Shown piece by piece: positions 1-8,422 of a stretch of DNA of 46,433 nt. The notes under the pieces are model-generated. The model was not told the origin of the DNA. It searched no databases and worked only from the letters and a program-made list of their open reading frames with translations. Every line of letters starts with the position of its first letter. Within the stretch, counting starts at the first letter, position 1. A program made the position numbers and the translations under genes. The stretch lies in NCBI GenBank assembly GCA_964509485.1, contig CAZDXW010000006.1, positions 1-46,433 on the forward strand, written 5' to 3'. Source of the DNA: an uncultured Christensenella sp. (GTDB lineage Bacteria > Bacillota > Clostridia > Christensenellales > CAG-138).

Positions 1-940
1 GAAACTCGATGCGGTTGATCCGCTCCGGATTATACGCGCGAACCGCGCCGGGCACATCCTTCGGCCCGCCCGCCCAGTTCAAAATCGGCCCGTCGCCGCT
101 CGTAATTGCCATCGGCGTGTTGGAAGGCGTCCCCCATTCCTTGAACAGATATGCGGTGAGCGATCCATCCAGCGGCATACTCGGCATTTTTCCGAGCATG
201 GTTCCGCCAAAGCCGAGCATTCCGCCCATTCCGGTAGGAAGCGACATCTTGTTCAAGGTAGTACCGAGCTTCTTCGATAGGGCGTATACCCGCTCCCGGT
301 CGGCGCACGGCATGGGCTTTGTCCCCGCCAGAACAACGGCCTTTAAGCGTTTGGAACCCATCACGGCTCCAACGCCGCTGCGCGCGGCAATGCGCCCGCC
401 CTCGTTGCAGATGCCGGAAATCAGGGACAGCCGTTCGCCCGCCTCCCCAATCGAAGCGATGCAGGGTTTCTTCTTGCGTCGGGTGTCACGGCAGATGCGT
501 TCCTCGGTTTCGGTCGCGTCCATGCCCCAGTAGTCCGTCGCGTCCCGCAGCTCCGCGCCGCTATTGTCGCACCAGAGGTAAACGGGGTGTTTTGATACGC
601 CGGAGAAAAAGATTCCATCATACCCGCATTGCTTGATGGCGGGCGCGAACACCCCGCCGCAGTTTGCGTCGCCCCATCCGCCGGTCAGCGGGCTTTTGCA
701 GACCACGTTCACCCGGCCTGTAAAGAACGCGCCCGTGCCCGTCAGCGCGCCGGAAACAAACCCGAGAATGTTCTCCGGCCCAAGCGGGTCGGCATCCGCC
801 GGTATGTTCCGGTAGAGATACCACGCGCCCAGCCCCTTGCCGGAGAGAACCGCGTCGTACACCGCCTCCGGAATCTGCTCGGTTCGAATGTCTCCCGTGG
901 ATAGGTCTACCCGCAGAATCTTGCCAAGGCAGCTCTTCAC
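1..940 (-). CDS. Aldehyde:ferredoxin oxidoreductase (AOR family, tungsten/molybdopterin), N-terminal ~313 aa; 3' end lies beyond the window
   Basis: My own translation of the minus strand from GTG at 940-938 gives VKSCLGKILRVDLSTGDIRTEQIPEAVYDAVLSGKGLGAWYLYRNIPADADPLGPENILGFVSGALTGTGAFFTGRVNVVCKSPLTGGWGDANCGG...GYDGIFFSGVSKHPVYLW...DYWGMDATETEE...IGEAGERLSLISGI. This is the typical AOR N-terminal domain pattern and stays open to position 1. An in-frame TAA lies just upstream of the GTG. The GTG overlaps the TGA of the upstream gene (GTGA, 937-940). It is not in the supplied track because it leaves the window. Confidence 0.85.
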   Translation of the reverse strand, partial: MKSCLGKILRVDLSTGDIRTEQIPEAVYDAVLSGKGLGAWYLYRNIPADADPLGPENILGFVSGALTGTGAFFTGRVNVVCKSPLTGGWGDANCGGVFAPAIKQCGYDGIFFSGVSKHPVYLWCDNSGAELRDATDYWGMDATETEERICRDTRRKKKPCIASIGEAGERLSLISGICNEGGRIAARSGVGAVMGSKRLKAVVLAGTKPMPCADRERVYALSKKLGTTLNKMSLPTGMGGMLGFGGTMLGKMPSMPLDGSLTAYLFKEWGTPSNTPMAITSGDGPILNWAGGPKDVPGAVRAYNPERINRIEF

Positions 941-2886
941 TTACATGCATCTCCCGCGTCATATTTGAGTTGTCGCCTGAGCGGCAGCCACCAGATGAAT
1001 CCAAAGAGCAGACAGCCGGTTATCGTCTTCCATCCCGGAACGCCGGTTTCCCGACCGGTTCGTAAGCCAATGAGGAACAGTTCCGCCAGATGCAACAGAA
1101 ATAATCCGATGACCAGCCAATGCCAGCCGGATAGAATCGAGAGCAAAATCGCACCGATCCACAATAGTATTGTAATCGAATATCCCGCAATCTGCCAGCC
1201 CTGCGTTGCTTCACCAAGGCCGGAGTCGCAGGCGGATTTCACAATGTCCCATTGACTCTTGAGCTGCACCGCCTTTTCCTTCGCGGTCATCGGCGGCAGC
1301 GGCCAGCGAATGTAGTCCTTCTGCTCGTCCTCCGGCGTCAAAATCGGCAGCCCGAATACGCGGTCTTCGTGCGTGGTGGGGCAATCCACATATCGCCCCG
1401 CCGCAATGTGCTCCTTTCGAACCAATACGGTTTTAATCATGCCGTGCAGCGTTTGAAGCAGGGCTTTGTTCCGGATACTCATAATCGGCATCGGTACGCC
1501 TGCCGCGCGGCAAACAACGGACATGCACTTTGCCGGGTCGCAGCAGCCGCTTGCGACAAACTGGCACGCGCTTTTTGCCGTCATCGCGCAGTTGCCGAGC
1601 GCCATTTTTCGCATGGGCAGCGCCGCAATGTCGGCAATCGTGTACGGCTTGCCCGTTTTGTCGAACCAGTAGCGTTCCCCCTGAATCAAAACGCCCTCGC
1701 CTTCGATAATGCAGAGCGCAAAATCCTTCCGCGCATTCTTTTTGAAATTATAGTAGTCCAGCCCCGTCTTTGCCGCGGCAAGGCAGCCGCCGGTGCACGC
1801 CTGCTCCAGCGCAAGCGCAATCTCCGGCGTGACCTTGTCTTTGTCCGTCACGACGGGCGCGCCGTTTCGCGTATGCCCGGCCAGCGCCAGCAGGTTTGGA
1901 AACTCGCGCGCGGTCTTCTCGTCCATAAACGAGCTGATCGCCGGGCGAAACTTCGTTACGCTCGCCTCGCCGATGATCTCCACACTTGGATCGCCAAAGC
2001 CTCTTCGCGTCGCTTCAATCATCAGCTTGTTCCGATCCGGATCAAAGCCCATCATGCGGGTGGTGACGCGATCCGCCTCCACGCTGTTGTTGCTGACGAT
2101 GATCTTTCCAACGCGCACCGGGTCGACCGGCGCGGGCGTGTTGCCCTCCCCGCCGATGATGCCGTCGATTACGGTTAAGTCCGGCTTAAACAGATACAAC
2201 AGGTCGGCGAGCTTCTTGTCAATCAGATAGCTGTGGTTGCGCTCCCGCAGAAAATAAGGAATGGTGCCCATTGCGTTCTTAAAGCCGAGCGTCACGCCGG
2301 TGTATAGGTTCGTCTTCATCTTCGGCACGGAGATGTAGAAAGCCTCGTTCCGCACGGCGGCGTCCAGCGTGTCCGGTAAATAGACTTCCTTCATGACCTC
2401 CGCTTTGGGCAGCATGTAGCGCACAACGGGGCGCAGTTCCAGCGCAACCAGCTTTGCGCCGTAGTGCTTTGCAATGCGGTCGTAGCCCGCAACGCGAAAA
2501 CTCACGGGCGTCGGCATGGGTTTGCCGGAGGATTCCGCAATCGTAATATCGTCGGTATAGCGCCGGATATACCGCACCACCGCCTCAAACACACGCGGAT
2601 CGGTCGTTTCCGGATAATCCCGCTCGTCAAATCCGCTGTCGTGATACACCGAAACGAGGTTCGGCTTAATGATCACCGGTCGGTTGTTCTGCAGCAGCTC
2701 GGAAAAGTGAACGGCTTGATCGAGCTTATCCAGCGCACTGTCCACCGCCTGCCGTATGCCGACGACCTCCGGGATTTTATCGTAGGCTTCGGTTCCAAAC
2801 GCCTTTGGCAGCACAACAAAATCGGTTAAATAATCGAGCGGGGCTGCCTGTTCAATGACGACCGTGCTCTTATTCATGTGATTCAT
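937..2886 (-). CDS. DUF362-domain protein with a Cys-rich middle region and a C-terminal multi-helix membrane domain
   Basis: 649-aa ORF. The N-terminal ~300 aa show a DUF362-like pattern (VIIKPNLV..., TDPRVFEAVV, GYDRIAKHYG, KMKTNLYTGVTLGFKNAMG, VIDGIIGGEGNTPAP). Cys-rich stretches follow (CTGGC, GNCAMTAKSACQFVASGCCDPAKCMSVVC). The C-terminus is hydrophobic (ITILLWIGAILLSILSGWHWLVIGLFLLHLAELFLIGL...CLLFGFIWWLPL). ATGA overlap with the upstream gene at 2883-2886. An alternative ATG exists at 2877. Confidence 0.65.
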   Translation of the reverse strand: MNHMNKSTVVIEQAAPLDYLTDFVVLPKAFGTEAYDKIPEVVGIRQAVDSALDKLDQAVHFSELLQNNRPVIIKPNLVSVYHDSGFDERDYPETTDPRVFEAVVRYIRRYTDDITIAESSGKPMPTPVSFRVAGYDRIAKHYGAKLVALELRPVVRYMLPKAEVMKEVYLPDTLDAAVRNEAFYISVPKMKTNLYTGVTLGFKNAMGTIPYFLRERNHSYLIDKKLADLLYLFKPDLTVIDGIIGGEGNTPAPVDPVRVGKIIVSNNSVEADRVTTRMMGFDPDRNKLMIEATRRGFGDPSVEIIGEASVTKFRPAISSFMDEKTAREFPNLLALAGHTRNGAPVVTDKDKVTPEIALALEQACTGGCLAAAKTGLDYYNFKKNARKDFALCIIEGEGVLIQGERYWFDKTGKPYTIADIAALPMRKMALGNCAMTAKSACQFVASGCCDPAKCMSVVCRAAGVPMPIMSIRNKALLQTLHGMIKTVLVRKEHIAAGRYVDCPTTHEDRVFGLPILTPEDEQKDYIRWPLPPMTAKEKAVQLKSQWDIVKSACDSGLGEATQGWQIAGYSITILLWIGAILLSILSGWHWLVIGLFLLHLAELFLIGLRTGRETGVPGWKTITGCLLFGFIWWLPLRRQLKYDAGDACK

Positions 2887-4016
2887 TCCCCATATTCGCC
2901 GTATTCACAGCCAATGTTCTTTGCCTCAATCTCATCCAATAGTGTCATCTTGCCGCCCTTCTTCTGGTAGAGCTTGATCACGCCCGTGCCGTTACCACCG
3001 TTCCAGAGGCGGTTGTGCAGCTTCTTGCCGTTTGGTGCTTCGTAGTTGATCAGCAGCATGTCCTTCTTGCTGCAACGAATCTCAACCTCCATCACCGCGG
3101 TCGTGGTTTCCTGGCGAACGTGCCAGAGAATGTCCGTCTCCGCCTCTTTGCCGGTAAACTCGGTGCGGCAGAACGTCCAGAACTTGGAAAAATTAAACTC
3201 GTAGCTCTTTCCTTCATAATAAAAATCCGAAAGCAGCTTTCGATCCAGCGCCACGCCGAGCACCTTCGGGCGGCCGCCGCCAATGTTGAATACGCTGTTG
3301 TTCAGGCGCTTTCCCGTAACTTTGCTGACGAGGTTGTTGCTCGAAAGCCAGACCCACGGGCTCGTGAAATCCCCGCCCCAGTTCTTGTCCGCGTAGCCGT
3401 AGCAGGTCTCCGGCTTGACGACAAACTCCTTTCCGTTGAGACGAAGCGTCCCGCGGTAGGCGGTCTTCATGCCCTCTGCATGCCAGAACATCTCAAAGGC
3501 GTTCAGCCGCTGGAAGAACTTCGACGCACCGTAGCCAACGTGGAACGCAATCTGCTTGTCGATTGCAATGTCCCATTCCAGCGTGCCGCCGTTGCACATA
3601 TATTCCGGGTGTGCCTTCGCCTCTTCATCCGAAAGCGAAATACGCCCCTTGGTGTGCGTTTCCGAGCAGATGCAATCGCCCGCTTTGACGTCGAGATCCT
3701 TATCGTATTCCAGCGAAACATCCTTCCACGCGAAGAAGCGATGCAGCTGCCCCGCGTGTTCGCCCCACCAGCCGACCTTGACCATCAGGTAGGAAGGTTT
3801 CTTTCCATCCAGTTTCCGTTCGGGCAGCTGACCAAACACCGGCGCATCCTCGGCCAATGCAGGGTTGCAGGCAAAGAACTCGATGAAGAACGGCTGTTGC
3901 TCGCCCGTTTGGGAGTCTTCGGCAGTAAAGTTATGCCACCACCAGTCATATCCGCGCTTGGCAAGCGGTCCGCGTAGCATGAAGTGGTCTCTCTGCTTGT
4001 CACTGATGTTCGCCAT
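2883..4016 (-). CDS. Tocopherol-cyclase-like family protein (function unknown in bacteria)
   Basis: 377-aa ORF with AGGAGGA RBS upstream of ATG 4016. The motif CYGYADKNWGGDFTSPWVWLSSNN resembles the (E/D)KNWG...W.W signature I recall for the tocopherol cyclase family. Assignment is from memory only. Confidence 0.4.
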   Translation of the reverse strand: MANISDKQRDHFMLRGPLAKRGYDWWWHNFTAEDSQTGEQQPFFIEFFACNPALAEDAPVFGQLPERKLDGKKPSYLMVKVGWWGEHAGQLHRFFAWKDVSLEYDKDLDVKAGDCICSETHTKGRISLSDEEAKAHPEYMCNGGTLEWDIAIDKQIAFHVGYGASKFFQRLNAFEMFWHAEGMKTAYRGTLRLNGKEFVVKPETCYGYADKNWGGDFTSPWVWLSSNNLVSKVTGKRLNNSVFNIGGGRPKVLGVALDRKLLSDFYYEGKSYEFNFSKFWTFCRTEFTGKEAETDILWHVRQETTTAVMEVEIRCSKKDMLLINYEAPNGKKLHNRLWNGGNGTGVIKLYQKKGGKMTLLDEIEAKNIGCEYGEYGE

Positions 4017-4031
4017 TTGGTCATCCTCCTG

Positions 4032-4592
4032 TTATTTATCATCCGGCGCAAAGAAATAATCTCCGCGCATGATATCGCTGATGATCGTCACAATCTCGTT
4101 CCGGTCGGTGGCCCGATCCTCCAATAGCCAGATGGAATACACCTCAATGAACGCCGCCACCCAGAACGCGTTAAAATACCGCCGCTCCGTCTCCGTCCGG
4201 TTCTCGCGCTGGCACTCCAACACCGGCGGCAGCTGGGTCAGCTTCTCGCGGAACACTGTTTTCGCCAGATCGGTCAAGCCGTTTTCCACCAGCAAGCGAA
4301 AGAACGCGGCGTTCTCCTCGACAATCGTCGTGTAAACCTCGGTGAGTTTGCGGATAGTGTCCACGTGCTCCACCTGAACCCGAAGCATGATCTCGTCCAG
4401 CATTCTGGAAAGATGCCGAATCAAAATCGCATTCTTATCGGCAAAATTCAAATAGAACGTCTGTCTGGAAAGACCGGCGCGTTCCGTGAGCGAGCGGATG
4501 GTGATGTCCTTATAGGGTTGTTCTGTTAAAAGCGAAAGCAGCGCGTCCTCAATGCTATCCTTCGAGCGGATCGACATGGGATTTTCTTTCAT
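4032..4592 (-). CDS. TetR/AcrR family transcriptional regulator
   Basis: 186 aa. N-terminal HTH pattern IEDALLSLLTEQPYKDITIRSLTERAGLSRQTFYLNFADKNAIL. RBS GGAGAAACAGAAT before the ATG. It is the first gene of the minus-strand operon ending in the AOR. Confidence 0.9.
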   Translation of the reverse strand: MKENPMSIRSKDSIEDALLSLLTEQPYKDITIRSLTERAGLSRQTFYLNFADKNAILIRHLSRMLDEIMLRVQVEHVDTIRKLTEVYTTIVEENAAFFRLLVENGLTDLAKTVFREKLTQLPPVLECQRENRTETERRYFNAFWVAAFIEVYSIWLLEDRATDRNEIVTIISDIMRGDYFFAPDDK

Positions 4593-4602
4593 ATTCTGTT
4601 TC

Positions 4603-4626
4603 TCCGATGTGTTAGTCCGATGTGTT
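4603..4626. repeat. Direct repeat TCCGATGTGTT x2 (13-bp period) immediately upstream of the TetR start
   Basis: Read directly: tccgatgtgtt at 4603-4613 and 4616-4626, separated by 'ag'. It lies 11-34 nt upstream of the TetR ATG (4592), in the divergent TetR/MarR intergenic region. Confidence 0.6.
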
Positions 4627-4657
4627 CTACTTGCATTATATCCTGCGGATATAAGTT

Positions 4658-4693
4658 TTACAAGTGTCTATTCTTTTACTTGTGTCTATTCTT
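4658..4693. repeat. Tandem 18-bp direct repeat TTAC-NN-GTGTCTATTCTT x2 (candidate operator)
   Basis: Read directly: ttacaagtgtctattctt (4658-4675) is followed at once by ttacttgtgtctattctt (4676-4693), 16/18 identical. The region is AT-rich and intergenic, between the divergent TetR (4592) and MarR (4857) genes. Confidence 0.6.
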
Positions 4694-4856
4694 ATTTTGA
4701 GAATTCTGCTATACTTGTTGTGTTCGATTGATGTTGGTTTCGAACGGTATACGCTGGAACCAGCCTGTAAATCGTCACAACTTTTTTATCATCCGTGTAG
4801 ATTGTGCCACCGCTCCATGGTAAAATATCGATGATCAGATTGTACGGAGGGTTCAA

Positions 4857-5366
4857 ATGGTTTCCAGTTGGATGGGTCGATATCGCGAAATTGTCGCCGC
4901 GCTTGTGCGCCACGGCAACATGGCCGCGCGCAGTCAGTTTACGCGCAACGAAATCTACCCCGGTCTCTCCCTGACCCATCAGGAATGGCAGGTGCTGGAG
5001 TATATCATCGAGCATGAAACCGACGATGAAACCATGACGCAGATTTCGGATTGTCTCTGTATTCCGCAGAGTTCCTTCTCCAAAATCTCGAAACTGTTGT
5101 ACGAAGAAAAGCTGATTGCGCGGTTTCGCGTCTTTGGAAACCGGAAGAACATCGTGCTCAAGGCAACGCCATACGGCAAAGAGGTTTACGAGTCCTACAG
5201 CAAAACCATCCTGACCAACGTGTTTCAACCGTTCTTCGATCAGTTGAGCGGTCTCTCCGATGCCGATCTGGCAACCTTGGCACACGCCATCCAGAATCTA
5301 GATCAAAGCGTCGCAAACGCAACGGAGAAGGACACAAAAAAGGAATTGATCGAAATCGATTCCTAA
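4857..5366 (+). CDS. MarR family transcriptional regulator
   Basis: 169 aa. Winged-helix pattern LTHQEWQVLEYIIEHE...MTQISDCLCIPQSSFSKISKLLYEEKLIARFRVFGNRKNIVLKATPYGKEVY. RBS GGAGGG 7 nt upstream of the ATG. Confidence 0.85.
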   Translation: MVSSWMGRYREIVAALVRHGNMAARSQFTRNEIYPGLSLTHQEWQVLEYIIEHETDDETMTQISDCLCIPQSSFSKISKLLYEEKLIARFRVFGNRKNIVLKATPYGKEVYESYSKTILTNVFQPFFDQLSGLSDADLATLAHAIQNLDQSVANATEKDTKKELIEIDS

Positions 5367-5416
5367 CATCGGAGATTATCCCGATCCACTGCTTTTCTAT
5401 TGATACGCACCCGATC

Positions 5417-5445
5417 AAAGCGCTCGAAAGAAGCGCTTTTTTATT
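5417..5445 (+). terminator. Rho-independent terminator after the MarR gene
   Basis: 7-bp stem aagcgct (5418-5424) / agcgctt (5432-5438) with a 7-nt loop, followed by a T-run (ttttttatttg). Confidence 0.6.
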
Positions 5446-5704
5446 TGTTTTTTACAACTCACATAGATAAATCGACAGCCATCTTTGGATTGACGGAACT
5501 GGTTGGATTCGCTATTATATTCTGTGTAATCTATATTTATTCTTTGCGATTTTTCTATAATTCAATTTCGCGCGTATTTCTGTGCCAGTCCTGTTGCATG
5601 TCCTTATTTTGTTTTTCTAAGCAATCTTTTGAATATCGTATGAAAGGAGGAGCGATTGTCCTTATCCCTAAAAACAGCATTTCAAAATGAATTGGGAGGT
5701 ATGT

Positions 5705-7543
5705 ATGAATCACGTACAAAAAAAGAACAAGATTTGGCTCTGTGTCGCCATCGCGCTGATGCTCGTTAGCATGGTGTTTGCTTCCTGCATCCAGAGCGAC
5801 TGGGGCAAAGTCACGGTCAAAGACCTGCGCTGGGAAACGACAATGGGTTACAAAATGAGTGGTCTGCTGTTTGTGCCCGCCGGCGTATCCGCAGAGAACA
5901 AAGCACCCGCCATCGTCGTAAGCCACGGCATGTTCAACAACCGCGAAATGCAGGACGCAAACTATGTCGAGCTTGCCCGCCGCGGATATGTCGTGCTCTC
6001 CATGGATATGTTCTCGCATGGCTATTCGGACAATGTTCCAAACATCGGCCTTGTGACGACAGGCATGTATGAAGCGGTCAAAATGCTCTCGACCATCGGT
6101 TATGTGGACGTTACAAAGATCGGCATCACCGGCCACTCGCTCGGCGGCATGTCCAGCAACACCGCCGTGAGCGAAGACAACGCGGCGCCCGTTCGCCTCA
6201 TCTCCGCCGTGCTGCTCAACTGCGCGGACGCCACCTATACGGACGCCACGACTGGCGCGTATACGGATGTCTACGGCAGCCGCGACGTCGGCATCGTCGC
6301 CGCGCAATACGACGAATTCTTTATGCGCCAGACCGACGCAAACGGAAACGAAACATCCCCGCGCGACTATCTGAAGAACTCCAACGCGCAGTCATTCCTC
6401 TATTTTGGAACAGACCCAGCCGGGAAGGAACTCCGCACGCAGGGCACCGTCTATACAGAGACCATCGACGGAACAGAGGCCATGCGCGTCATCTACAATC
6501 CCTCCATCATCCACCCCTGGTCGCATTTCTCGCAGCGCTCAACCGCCGCGACCATCGCGTTCTTCGACCAGGCGCTCGGCGCGCCGAATCCGCTGGCTCC
6601 GACCGATCAGGTTTGGCAGTGGAAAGAGTTCTTTAACTGCGTCGGCCTCGTTGGCTTCGCAATCTTCCTCGTGAACTTCACGATTCTGATGGCCGCCACC
6701 CCGTTCTTCTCCTCGATTCGCAGAAAGGAAATCGCCGCACCGCGCGCGTTTGCCAAGGGCGGCAAGCTCTGGTTCTGGGGCAGCATCTCCGTCGCCGCGA
6801 TCTTTGGCGCGGTCATCTACCTACCGGTTCTGAACAATGTTGGTTCGTTCACGATGGCAAAATCCCCGTGGGCGCAGAGTTCGCCTTGGGGCGTGGCCTG
6901 CTGGGCGGCAATCACCGGCGTGTTCGCGATTTTGACCATGCTTCTTAGCTACCACCTGCATGTCAAAAAGAACGGAGCCGACGCATCGTCCATCGGCGTC
7001 AAGATCGGCGCAAAGAGCCTTGGCAAGACCGTGCTGCTCGCGCTGATCGTCGTCGTCGTCGCCTATGGCTGCGTGTTTTTTGCGGACTACTTCTTCAAGA
7101 CCGACTTCCGTCTCTGGGTGTTGGGCGTGAAAGCGTTCGACGCAAAGGTTGTTACCACTGCGGTGTTCCCGTATCTGCCGCTGTTCCTGACTTACTACGT
7201 CGCCGCGTCCGTCGCCGCGAACTCCTTCAACAACAACACCCTCGGCAGCAAGGACGGCAAGCGCGCCTGGGTCAACACCGCGGTTCTCGCCGTGTTCGCA
7301 GCAATTCCGCCGGTGGCGCTGCTCGCGATTCAGTATGCCACGTTCTTCAGCACGGGCTTCCTTGCGTGGAGCGTCGGGCATATGCAGATTGTCTGGCTGT
7401 TCCCGGTGGTTGTGTTCCTGCCGGTCACCACGATTATCTCCCGCAGGATCTTCCGCGAAACCGGAAACCCGTACCTGCCGGGCATCATCAACGGCGTTCT
7501 GGTCACGCTGATCGCCTGCTCCAACACGCTGACCTGGCTGTAA
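5705..7543 (+). CDS. Alpha/beta-hydrolase domain fused to a C-terminal polytopic membrane domain; possible lipoprotein or signal anchor at the N-terminus
   Basis: Start trimmed to ATG 5705 (GGGAGG at 5693-5698). N-terminal hydrophobic segment IWLCVAIALMLVSMVFASC. Hydrolase motifs HGMFNN and the nucleophile elbow GITGHSLGG. From about aa 310 onward there are at least 7 hydrophobic helices (e.g. VGLVGFAIFLVNFTILMAA, ISVAAIFGAVIYLPVL, ACWAAITGVFAILTMLL, VLLALIVVVVAYGCVFF). Confidence 0.75.
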   Translation: MNHVQKKNKIWLCVAIALMLVSMVFASCIQSDWGKVTVKDLRWETTMGYKMSGLLFVPAGVSAENKAPAIVVSHGMFNNREMQDANYVELARRGYVVLSMDMFSHGYSDNVPNIGLVTTGMYEAVKMLSTIGYVDVTKIGITGHSLGGMSSNTAVSEDNAAPVRLISAVLLNCADATYTDATTGAYTDVYGSRDVGIVAAQYDEFFMRQTDANGNETSPRDYLKNSNAQSFLYFGTDPAGKELRTQGTVYTETIDGTEAMRVIYNPSIIHPWSHFSQRSTAATIAFFDQALGAPNPLAPTDQVWQWKEFFNCVGLVGFAIFLVNFTILMAATPFFSSIRRKEIAAPRAFAKGGKLWFWGSISVAAIFGAVIYLPVLNNVGSFTMAKSPWAQSSPWGVACWAAITGVFAILTMLLSYHLHVKKNGADASSIGVKIGAKSLGKTVLLALIVVVVAYGCVFFADYFFKTDFRLWVLGVKAFDAKVVTTAVFPYLPLFLTYYVAASVAANSFNNNTLGSKDGKRAWVNTAVLAVFAAIPPVALLAIQYATFFSTGFLAWSVGHMQIVWLFPVVVFLPVTTIISRRIFRETGNPYLPGIINGVLVTLIACSNTLTWL

Positions 7544-7579
7544 AAAGCATACAAAACAGCGAACAACTTGCTCAAAACA

Positions 7580-7620
7580 AATCGACCCCGCGGATGCTTC
7601 CTTGGGGTCGATTCTTTCGT
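7580..7620. terminator. Bidirectional intrinsic terminator between convergent genes
   Basis: Perfect 10-bp stem aatcgacccc (7580-7589) / ggggtcgatt (7604-7613). An A-rich run lies upstream (caaaacaa) and a T-rich run downstream (tctttcgtt). It sits between the + gene ending at 7543 and the - gene ending at 7709. Confidence 0.65.
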
Positions 7621-7708
7621 TCGAATAAAGTGTTTTTACGAGGGCAGCGTCGTTTTCTACCGCAGAAAGCAGGCCTTTCAGACCCACAACGCGAAACACC
7701 CGCTCTCC

Positions 7709-8341
7709 TCAATCGGTCGGCGGTTCCTGCGGATACTGCTGAAACACGCGCCGGAATAGCCCGCTCGCGAGATAGGCCGGCAGCGAAATGCCAAGGAAGA
7801 GCCAGATGAGCCCGATCATTGGCGAATAGGCCGGAAACATCCAAATCAGCAGCACGGGCAGCAGGTGCAGCGCGAGCACCAGTACAGTCGTCAGCAGATG
7901 GCGAACGCTCAGGAAGAATGCGTTGGCAATCGTCTTCTTCACGGTGTTTTGGTAACGCGCAAACAGCGCAAACACATACGTCATCGGAAAGAAAAGCAGC
8001 ACGCCGATGGCAACGACGGCAATCCACGTCCAGACCGTTCCCGCACTCAGTTCTCCCAAGAACAGCAACAGATAAGCGCAAAATGCAGCTTCCGCGAGCA
8101 AGCTGAGCAGCCCCAGCGGCAGCGCGGGGCGAAACTCCGCCCGAAATGTCTGCCAGTAGCCGGATAGCACGCTCCCCTGTTGCTCGCGCAGGTCAAACAA
8201 CGTTTTGTACAGCGCGGTCATCGCTCCGCCCGCGGTCACAAGCGGAATGCAGAGCACTAGCGTCACGAGGTTGAGCATCAGCAGGTCGAACACGCGCTCC
8301 AGAAAGCGCATGATCGGGGAGTTGTAATTCAGCAGTTTCAT
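7709..8341 (-). CDS. YesL/DUF624 family membrane protein
   Basis: 210 aa. N-terminus MKLLNYNSPIMRFLERVFDLLMLNLVTLVLCIPLVTAGGAMTALY plus four more hydrophobic helices, as in DUF624 proteins found next to Firmicute sugar-uptake loci. Confidence 0.7.
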   Translation of the reverse strand: MKLLNYNSPIMRFLERVFDLLMLNLVTLVLCIPLVTAGGAMTALYKTLFDLREQQGSVLSGYWQTFRAEFRPALPLGLLSLLAEAAFCAYLLLFLGELSAGTVWTWIAVVAIGVLLFFPMTYVFALFARYQNTVKKTIANAFFLSVRHLLTTVLVLALHLLPVLLIWMFPAYSPMIGLIWLFLGISLPAYLASGLFRRVFQQYPQEPPTD

Positions 8342-8422
8342 CGTTTCTACCGCCTTTGCTTGCAGTCGAAGCAGACTCGCCCTTTCGCTTCCGTTATTGT
8401 GATAACCTTGTTTGCCGCTGCG

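Noticed and set aside
618-1004. Track ORFs 618-1004(-), 629-904(+), 9-533(+), 319-636(+) and others covering the first 1 kb.
   Set aside because: The minus-strand frame starting at GTG 940 gives an unmistakable AOR N-terminal domain across 1-940. The listed ORFs are off-frame or antisense to it and have no motifs.
5640-5769. Small ORFs after the strong orphan RBS AAAGGAGGAG (5643-5652). One is a 16-codon ATG ORF at 5640-5690. The other is a ~37-codon TTG ORF starting at 5656 that overlaps the start of the hydrolase gene.
   Set aside because: The 16-codon ORF's ATG lies upstream of, and overlaps, the RBS, so the RBS cannot serve it. The TTG ORF has no recognisable features and overlaps the real gene out of frame. 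A leader peptide is possible but cannot be supported from sequence alone.
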